Source: a virus | Taxonomy: Duplodnaviria; Caudoviricetes | Length of the DNA stretch: 64,000 bases | IMG/VR virus record: IMGVR_UViG_2791355019_000001 | Span: 214 to 64,213 of that record | Reading direction: 5' to 3' (one strand) | Part shown: piece by piece, positions 1 through 8,300 of the stretch | How positions within the stretch are numbered: the first letter of the stretch is position 1 | Layout: each line of letters starts with the position of its first letter | Notes under the pieces: model-generated | The model's database searches: none | The model's input: the letters and a program-made list of their open reading frames with translations, nothing else | What the model was told of the DNA's origin: nothing | Made by a program: the position numbers and the translations under genes

Positions 1-47
1 GCTGTCCTTGATCTCGTCAGGAAGCGTACTGATTTTGACGATGTCGC

Positions 48-830
48 TCATTGCGCACCCCCGGTCGATGCAGACGACGCCTTGGATACCACAGCCTTCG
101 CTGCGATCGATGCCGCAATCTCGCCGACGCGTTCCGCTCCACGCTCGTTGTAGAGGAAACTCTCCACCTGCTTCGAGGAATGCCGGCTCTTGTCAAGTCG
201 GAACTCTCCGAACTCAGACGTCTTCAGGTCGTGCTCGTTTGCGATACGCCCAACCATATTGGATGTGATGCCGTACCGCTCGCCAACCTCCGTCGCAGAA
301 TAGTGGTGCTCCTGAACGCGCGGCAGTGCAATCACTTCATCGCCAGCAGCCGGATTCACCAGTTTCGCGAAGACAACCTGACGCGCACTTTCGCCGAGTC
401 TCGGAAACTGCGCGCAGATCCGCTCTGCCGCCCTCGTCGCCATATCAATCGCCCGGGCCTTTCTGTATTGCGGAAGGCCAGACGAATGAGACGCGGCCTT
501 CGCGGCGTAGCTCCCGGTCTTACGAATCGACGGAAGAACCTCGTGCGTGACCCAGCGCTTGAACCGCTTGGCCTCCTCCTTCGTGCTACCGAAGATGAGG
601 GCGTACAGACCAGACTCGTTGATGTGGTTGGTTTGCTGCGTCCGGCCCACGCTGTCGATGGCCTCCAACTTCTGGAGGTCATCGACATCGACGTGCGAGG
701 CGAGCGCCTGGTGCGGATTGCCATAGCCGAGCACGTCGCAGACTTCCTTGGCGCTGAACCACGGCTCGCCATTGTCGTCCGTGACGACACGGATGGCACG
801 GCTCTCAAACTGAAACGGTGTGATGTTCAT
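48..830 (-). CDS. BRO-N domain antirepressor-like protein
   Basis: MNITPFQFESRAIRVV...PWFSAKEVCDVLGY...INESGLYALIFGS...AKRFKRWVTHEVLPSIRKTGSY is a typical BRO-N; ATG at 830 overlaps the arc stop. Confidence 0.9.
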   Translation of the reverse strand: MNITPFQFESRAIRVVTDDNGEPWFSAKEVCDVLGYGNPHQALASHVDVDDLQKLEAIDSVGRTQQTNHINESGLYALIFGSTKEEAKRFKRWVTHEVLPSIRKTGSYAAKAASHSSGLPQYRKARAIDMATRAAERICAQFPRLGESARQVVFAKLVNPAAGDEVIALPRVQEHHYSATEVGERYGITSNMVGRIANEHDLKTSEFGEFRLDKSRHSSKQVESFLYNERGAERVGEIAASIAAKAVVSKASSASTGGAQ

Positions 831-994
831 TGCCGGGCCTCCTTCGCTTCTTCGTGGATACGCGACTTCTCCAGCCGGTGAAGAATCTCGCTGTTCAGGG
901 ACCGATGATTCTCGATCGCACTGTGCTGCAACCATCGCTTGAGATCGTGCGGCACCCGTACCGGAGTCGGGCTGATTTGACTTGCTTTCTTCAT
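827..994 (-). CDS. Arc-family ribbon-helix-helix repressor
   Basis: VRVPHDLKRWLQHSAIENHRSLNSEILHRLEKS matches the Arc/Mnt pattern; directly upstream of the antirepressor, as in P22 immI. Confidence 0.85.
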   Translation of the reverse strand: MKKASQISPTPVRVPHDLKRWLQHSAIENHRSLNSEILHRLEKSRIHEEAKEARQ

Positions 995-1034
995 GACTGC
1001 TTCTGCTCCTTTGGGATGTGGCGTAGCTGCATCA

Positions 1035-1090
1035 TAGTACGCACTACATATCATCGCAAGTGGCGATCATGAAAAAATCGCAAGTGGCGA
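1035..1090. promoter_or_regulatory. Putative Arc/Mnt operators in the divergent promoter region
   Basis: Palindrome TAGT-ACGC-ACTA (1035-1046); 14-bp quasi-palindromic direct repeat ATCGCAAGTGGCGA at 1053-1066 and 1077-1090. Confidence 0.6.
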
Positions 1091-1104
1091 GTATCATCTG
1101 CGCC

Positions 1105-1623
1105 ATGAGCGACAAGCTAACCCCATATCCGAGTAGAACTGCAGATCAGTTCGTTGTCCGCTTCCCGGACGGCATGCGCGACCGTCTGAAGGAAGCTGCG
1201 CACGCGAACGGTCGTTCGATGAACGCCGAGATCGTCGCCCGCCTTCAAGCGAGCTTCGAGCAACCCGCCCCCGCCAACATCAGGCTGATCGACCGGATTA
1301 GCGACTCTCCGAGCATCGTCGATGAAATTGCAGCCAAGCTTGCGCAGATGACCCCGGAACAACTGGCCCGACCGCTGGCTGACATCCTTGAAGATCTTCG
1401 CCACACTCAGGAGGCGCTCGCCGAGTCAGCTGCGGCGGCTGATCGAGCGCTCACCCTCGTTCGGCACGAGCTTCCCCCCGGCACTCCGGTCAGCAGCGAT
1501 CCGCTTGCCCTCGTGCGTCGAATGGCCGCAATTCTTGAGACCGGCCAGGACAAGCCGCGCCCGCCTGTTCGCCCGCCGCCAAAGCGCACTACCCTGCGTA
1601 AGCACACGAAGAGGCATTTGTGA
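1105..1623 (+). CDS. Mnt/Arc-family repressor with C-terminal extension
   Basis: DQFVVRFPDGMRDRLKEAAHANGRSMNAEIVARLQASF Arc domain; divergent from arc-ant. Confidence 0.85.
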   Translation: MSDKLTPYPSRTADQFVVRFPDGMRDRLKEAAHANGRSMNAEIVARLQASFEQPAPANIRLIDRISDSPSIVDEIAAKLAQMTPEQLARPLADILEDLRHTQEALAESAAAADRALTLVRHELPPGTPVSSDPLALVRRMAAILETGQDKPRPPVRPPPKRTTLRKHTKRHL

Positions 1624-1688
1624 CCAGACGGCGCGAATGCGAGTCACCTCCTTCGCCGCCTCCACACACTCGCTACCGCCGGTCCCTC

Positions 1689-2339
1689 ATGAAATCCACC
1701 GCCCTGAAGCTCGCCGCCGCTCTCATCCTGCTCGCTGCTCTGGGCCATTTTTTTCGGTATGGCGTGGTACCGACCGGCCAGGGAGTCGGTGCGTATCATC
1801 TGGATCGACTGACTGGAAAAATCACTTTCATGCGCGGCAGCGAGAAGCAGACCGTGCGGAACACTCTGGATGAGCTTGCGGCGGCAGCGGACTTCGATCT
1901 AGCGAAAGCCCGCAGCAGAGGGTTTTCAGATTATGAAATTGAACAGTCCCTTCGGCAGCGCCTGAAACAGTGGGGCGACGATTGGTCCGAGTTTGAGTCA
2001 GTCGAACCGCCGAAAAATTCTGCAGCTTTCGATAGCCCGCGCCCTCCAACAACTCCGCTCCCCCTTGCAGAGTTTCGCAAGCGCTATCCGGCATACGGCG
2101 ACATGCCAGACCTTGAGCTCGCCAGTGCGCTGCACAGAAAGTTCTATAGTGATATCCCATGGGATCAGTACGCAGCGACGATCGGCCTTACAGGCAATAA
2201 GACGCTTACGGCTCCTGCTGAGGGGAACGGCATGAAGTTGGTCGAAATCCCCGATGTCGGCGTCGTCGAATTCCCTGCCGATATGACCGATGCGCAGATC
2301 ACAGAGGCCATCGAGCGCGAGTTTTTGGACCGGAAATAA
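1689..2339 (+). CDS. Membrane-anchored protein, candidate superinfection exclusion factor (P22 sieA position)
   Basis: N-terminal hydrophobic segment LKLAAALILLAALGHFF; co-oriented with mnt and convergent with the giant ejection gene; contains DDWSEFESV, resembling the QDWSGFEDV repeat of the giant protein. Confidence 0.6.
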   Translation: MKSTALKLAAALILLAALGHFFRYGVVPTGQGVGAYHLDRLTGKITFMRGSEKQTVRNTLDELAAAADFDLAKARSRGFSDYEIEQSLRQRLKQWGDDWSEFESVEPPKNSAAFDSPRPPTTPLPLAEFRKRYPAYGDMPDLELASALHRKFYSDIPWDQYAATIGLTGNKTLTAPAEGNGMKLVEIPDVGVVEFPADMTDAQITEAIEREFLDRK

Positions 2340-2398
2340 GCCCATAGCCCGCCGCCCTCAATGTAGCCGCCAAGCGACCGCTCGGCTGTCGCGGGCTT

Positions 2399-5300
2399 CT
2401 ACTTCACGTTCCCGACCGCCTCCCGCCACCGCTTCAGGTACGCCTCGTGAATGTCCGAGCGGCGTTTTTCTGTCAGCTTAAGCTGCATCCGCTTCTCGGC
2501 TTCAGTCATCATTTTGCTGTCCTTGGTGCGCTTGTCTTGCTCGTAGGTGCGTCCAAGCTGCTCCATGTACGCCTGGGTAAAGCTCCCGACGCTAATCATG
2601 ACCTCGTTCGACTTCATCATCTCCGTCGCAATCTCAGGGCTCACCTTCCGCGCATCCCTGTGCGCATTGAAGGCCGGCAAGGCTTGGTTGGCCACCTCGT
2701 AGAACTTGCTCTGATCCTGGCGGAATCCGATCTCGCCATAGGCTTTGCGAAGGAAGGGCGCCTTGGTGATGTCCTCTTCGGCAATCGCATCGTAGCTGCC
2801 CGACAAGAAGGACATCGGCCCGCCAAGGTACGCACGGGCGTAGTTGCGCCACACAGAAGGCGGCATCGAAATCAAACCCTCTTCGAACTGATTGCCCCCC
2901 GTCGCCTCATTGACGAACGCAGCCCACTTCTGCCAGCCCGTGTCGTGCATGCCGGCGCCGTACTTCTCCGAGTCGGGCTTGTGCTTGTTCCATTGCGTTT
3001 CGGGGTACAGGGGGCCGTCGCCGAATCCAGACTTGTTTGCAAAGTGCTGGTGGACCGGTGCGTAGGTGGGCGGATAGCCAGTCACCGGCATGAACGAAGT
3101 CGCGCCGGACACCGCAAGCCGAACCGCAGCACTTCCCGGCTTGATGCCGTGCGCGGCGTTCTCGCTGTTGCGATGCACGTCCACCGCAAGGGTGGCGGCG
3201 TACATCGGCACGTTCCACTGGTACGGCAGCGGAATCTTGAAGTACCGACCCGTCGAGTCGGGGATGGGCTGGCCGATGTCCTTGGCGAACGACGGCAGCA
3301 CGATGATGATGTTTCGCTCCTTCTCGTACTGGGGAATCTTGTCCCAGTAGGGGATGCCGTCATCGTCGTCACCGGCCATTGCGTTCAGCACCGCAAGCGC
3401 TGCCATGCCGGCCATGCCAGCGCCGATCAGCGCCCACGCCTGGCCCTTGTGCTTGCCATGCACCAGGGTTTCGTACATGTTGTGCACGCCCTGAACGGCC
3501 GGATTGAAGAACAGGAAGATGGAGCCGAGGCCGGCCGTCCAGGTGCCGCGGCGGTTGAAGTTGACGTTCAGGTTCTTCGCAAAGTGCGCTGCCTCGGCCT
3601 TGCTGCGCCCCGCTTCACGCATCGCCATGTAAGCCGCCAGACGGGTTGCGTTCTCAAGAGCGCCGGCATGGCCGGTGACAAGCCGCTCCAGTGCTTTCGC
3701 CGCCTTCACCGGCACGCGCCACGAGTTCTTGATCGTCAGCGACTCCATCTCTTTGACCAGCGTCTCGATCTCCTTCACCTTGCTTTCCAAGGTGTTCAGG
3801 TTCCAGAAGCCGGTCTTGCCGCCCATCGCTTTGTACTCTTCGTACAGCGGGTCTTTCGCAGCCTTCACGCCGGGGATATTCGGCATGGCCTCGCCACGGT
3901 ACGCAGCCAGCACGGCGCGCGGGTAGTTCTTGGCGAACAGGCCGGTCATGCCGATGCCTTCGCGCCCGGTAATCGAGAACAGCGCGGCCTGCAAGTCACG
4001 CGCCGGGTTGGTGTAAAGCGCAAACTCAGGCGACCAGGCGGTGTAGGACTTCGACAGGTAGCGGTTGAACGCTCCGATGTACGGGATCGCGCCGAACTCC
4101 ACGTCGTTCCAGTGGTTCGCCATCTGCTCGAACAGCTTCCGATCATGAATCTTCAGATAGACGACGTGACCCTTCACCTTCACCCCGATGGTGCCGTCGC
4201 CCTTATCGACCAGCGAATCCAGCGTCACCTTGCCGTTCTTGAAGCCCTGCTTCGTCTTCTGTGCGTCGATCTCCCACAGGTCCGGGTCGGGGTTGTCGAT
4301 GATGAACTGAAGGAAGCGGTGGTTCACTTCCGTGTTCTTGGTGCCGCGAACAATTGCGCGCTCGGCGTCGAGCATGATGTTCTCGAAGAGTTGACCGGCC
4401 TTCGAGTCGCGACCTAGTGCGCGCAGGTTTTCACTGCCGCGAATGTTGAAGCCCCTGCCGGTCCCCCGAAACGTGCGCCCGTCTTCGTCAATCGTCTCGA
4501 ACCCGCGCAGCGGAACCCACTTCCGGTACTTGGCGTTGTAGGCGTCGAACTCGCCCTGTGTGATGAGTCCGCTATCGAGCTGGAGCTGAAGCGTGTCGCG
4601 GGCGATTCGACGGATCGCGTCGGCCAGTCGGGCCAGCTTTGCGTCCGTCCCTTCCTGCCTGGCCTTGTCGATGATGGCCTTTGCTTCGGCGTCGGACATG
4701 CCGGAGCCCGTCTTCACGTGGGCATTGATCGACTGCATCTCAGCATTTCGCTCGGGTGCGTGCTCCGCGTAGGCATACAGCACCACTTCGTCCAAGGAAA
4801 CGCCGCTTGCCTTTACATCCTCAAGGATGGCTTTGGTCTTTTCGCCAAGCTGCTCGATGCGGTTTGACGCAACACCGTGGAAGCGGTCTTCGCCCCAGTC
4901 AAAGTTGTTCAGATCGGTAACGACGCCGCCTTGCTCTGCCACCGCTTTCACGACATCGCGAAGTCGGTTGTAGCGGTCCTGGATGCGCTCTTGCGCGGTG
5001 TCGGTTTTCTTCCAAGGGGGAAGCTCGAATCCGGCAGACCCATGCTGGGCTGGAAGCGCGGCCTGGCCGGCGCGAGAGAAATTGAGGTGGCCGCGCCCAG
5101 CTTGACCTCCGCTATCTTCAGGGATCACAATTCGGACATCCCCGGTATCGCTTCGGGCGTAGGACGGCACGATTCGATCCTTGATCGCTTCAAAATCCGT
5201 CGTACCGGGGTACTTCCTCATGCTGGTCATTGCCAGCGTCTTGCGCCCCGATCGCACCTCTTCAAGATACAGCACAGCCCCGTCAGGAAGCCGCTTCAGG

Positions 5301-8300
5301 CTTCCGACGATGTCCTGTCCGCGCGGCGTTTTCGCCCCCAACAGCCAAGCGTCAGGAGTGCTGACGATTTCCGGTATTGCGGAGATGTCAGATTCCACCA
5401 AAGGGAGTTGGCCCCGCTTGGCCTCTGCCTTCGCGTCACCATGCCGATTAAGCGCATGGCGCACCGCGAACATGTCCGCCGTGTGTTTGAAGCTGACATC
5501 CACGGGGACGTTCTCGCGCTGCAGCAGGCTGGCCTGTTGATCTGTCACCGTCCCGAGCGTTACCGTCTTGTTCTCGTTTCCGGCAGATCTCGCCAGGGCG
5601 ACCAATCCTCGAAGGGCGCTCTTCAGTGCGTCGCCAATCCGGCTTTGCCCCGCCTGCCCTGCGACATCCCCTCTCGCCATGTCGCGCACGTTGAGCTTCG
5701 CCAGCGCCACCAGATCATCGATGCTCGGGTTCAGCGCCACGCCGCGGCGCAGACCCCAGGCGCGCACCATCGCCACGAAGTCGCGCACGAGATCGCCGAC
5801 ACGCTTGCCCAGCTTGCGGTCGATCCAGTTCATCAGTGCGCCATCGACCGTCGAGAAGCCGGCTTGCCGGCCTTCGGTGACGGCCTGCTCCACGATGTAG
5901 GCTGCGGCCTCGGCCGCGTTACCCGTCTCGCCGGCGTCGTCCATGCGCTGCGCCACGCGCGTCAGGAACTCCCGCACCGGCTTCACCGCGTTGTCACGCA
6001 CCTCGATCAGCGCCAGCGCGCGCGCATCGATCTCGGCGCGCTGCTTGCCGTGGGTGGCCTCGTGCAGCAGCACGGCCGCCGCGGTGTGATCGGCGAGGTG
6101 CGGCAGCACGAGGAAGGTCAGGCCGCTGTCGCTGTCGTGAAAGCCCTGCACGTCGCCCGCATCCGAATACTGCGTGCCGTCGCCCTGCAGCGCGTGCAGC
6201 ACGTCGCCCGGGTCGTTGCCCGTCTTCTCGGCATAGGCGCGCGCGATCGAGACGTCGTCGCCCTGCTCGATCAGCACCAGGCCGCCGCGCTGCCCCGCTT
6301 CGCCGCGGCCGAGCATCTGGTCGACGGCGCCGGCCAGGGAGGGCAACTGGCGCGCGACGATGGCGCGCAACGCCTCCGCGGTCATCGGCGAGGGGCGCGC
6401 GTGCGTCGCCACCGCGTTGGCCGGCGTCGGCGCGCTGGCCATCTCGGTGCCGTTGAACACCACGATCACGTCTTCATCGGCCACGTCGGCGGTCGCGCTC
6501 GGCGGCATCGCGCGGCGCTCGGCGTCGGTCATGCGCTGGCGGGCCTGTGCGTTGCGGGCTTCCACCTCTCCGGCCAGACGGCGGTACTTTTCGGCCGGCG
6601 TGCCGGGCATCCGCCCCAGATCTCGCGAGGAATTTTCCTCCGCGAGGATGCTGGCTTCGGGTGCCGCATCGCGGCCGAGCGTGTTCAAGAACCATGCGCG
6701 CGCCTCGCCGAGACTCTCGCCGCGGTCCATGCGTGCGCGCAGCACCTTCGCGTCGTTCATCGCCTGCGGCGACGGCATGGTTTCCTCGAGGCTGGCAATG
6801 CTTCCGCCAGTCGCGAAGCCCTCAGCCTCCTGAATGCCGTGCTGGATCTCGTGCAGCAGCACCGACAGCGCATCGTCTTTGGTTCGCGCTTCGACGGTGA
6901 TCTGCGGCGAGCGCCCAAACGTTTGATCGTCACCCGGATGACCTTCTTCGAACATGCCTCGCTCACGCGAACCCGGCGAGAACGAGATCACCACGTCCAT
7001 CGAGCGCAGCTCCGGGTATGCGGCAAACAGCGCAGGGTGGTCTAGGATGTCGGACAAATAAGTCGCGCGAGATCCGCCGTATTCGTCCTCGCGCATATTG
7101 ACGAGGCCTGCGTCCGCATCGTTGATCTCGAAGCGCCACTTCCCGTCGGCTCCGCGGTGCCACCCGGTCTCCCGCCGCACGACTTCGGCATCCTCGCCGG
7201 CCTCGATGCGCCGCTGCGCGACATCGAGCGCCATCGTGTCGGCAGTGCGGGCGTTCTGGCCGGCGAAGGAGTAACGAAGATTGACAACATCTTCGTCGGT
7301 GATTACTCTTGGATTGAGCCTCTTGATGGTGTTCGCCTCGGGCAATTGGAGCCCGACTGCACGAAGCCATCCTGAGGCTTTTTCTGTTTGGTAGTAGCGC
7401 AGACTGCCGCGCATCCACCGCTCGATGTCTGCGGCATCGTCCTTGCCATAGATGCTGGCGACCTTGTTGATGCGGTGAAAGCCGCCGCCCTTGGCATCGA
7501 GGTGCACCGCCACAACGACCGGGCGGTCGCTGTCGTCACGCGCGTCGACCAACGCGACCAGCGCCCCTTTCTCCGTCTTCGAGTCAAAGACCATCACCGG
7601 ATCGGCCAGCAGTGCCGGCAGATCGCGCAGCGCCGCAACAGGCACGTCGTGCCCACGAATGGCCGGTCGGCTGGCCTTGTGGATCATGCTCGACGGCATC
7701 TGAATCGGCAGCGCCCTGGCGCCCAGCGCGCGCAGCACGGCGGGGGTATCGCCTACGGTCAGATCGCTGCGCGGCGCAGTCTCCATTGCTGCGATGCGAT
7801 CAACCGCCAGCGCGTATTGCTGGGCGTCATAGGGGTCGGGCCTGAACTGCGATGAGCGGCTGAGCTTCAGCCCGCCCTGGCCCGTCAGGTTCTCCATCGG
7901 GTCCATGCCCAGCTCGAACGTGTCGGCTGCGGCTTCACTGCGACGGCGGACTTCTGCGCGCCCTTCCTCCTGGCGCTGCTTGGCTGCCGCTTCACGCTCG
8001 GCGCGGGCGTCGGCTTCCGCCTGTGCGGTCTGCTCGGCTTCGCGCTGGGCGATGTCGGCGCTGGTGTAGGTTTCGAGCGTCAGCCCTTCTTGCTGTCCTG
8101 CTGCGCCCGCTTGTGTTTGCGCTGCGCCAGTTTCACCAGCCCGTTCGCCAGTTGTTGCCGCTCCTCTGACGTCAGTCGCTTCAGCGCTTCCTGCGCCTGC
8201 TTCAGTTTGTCCGCCTGCATTTGCAATTTCCTCTTCGGTGAAACCCAACGTACGCATGGCGTCGGCTTCGGATTGTTCGGCGAAGTCTCCGAATGCGTCA

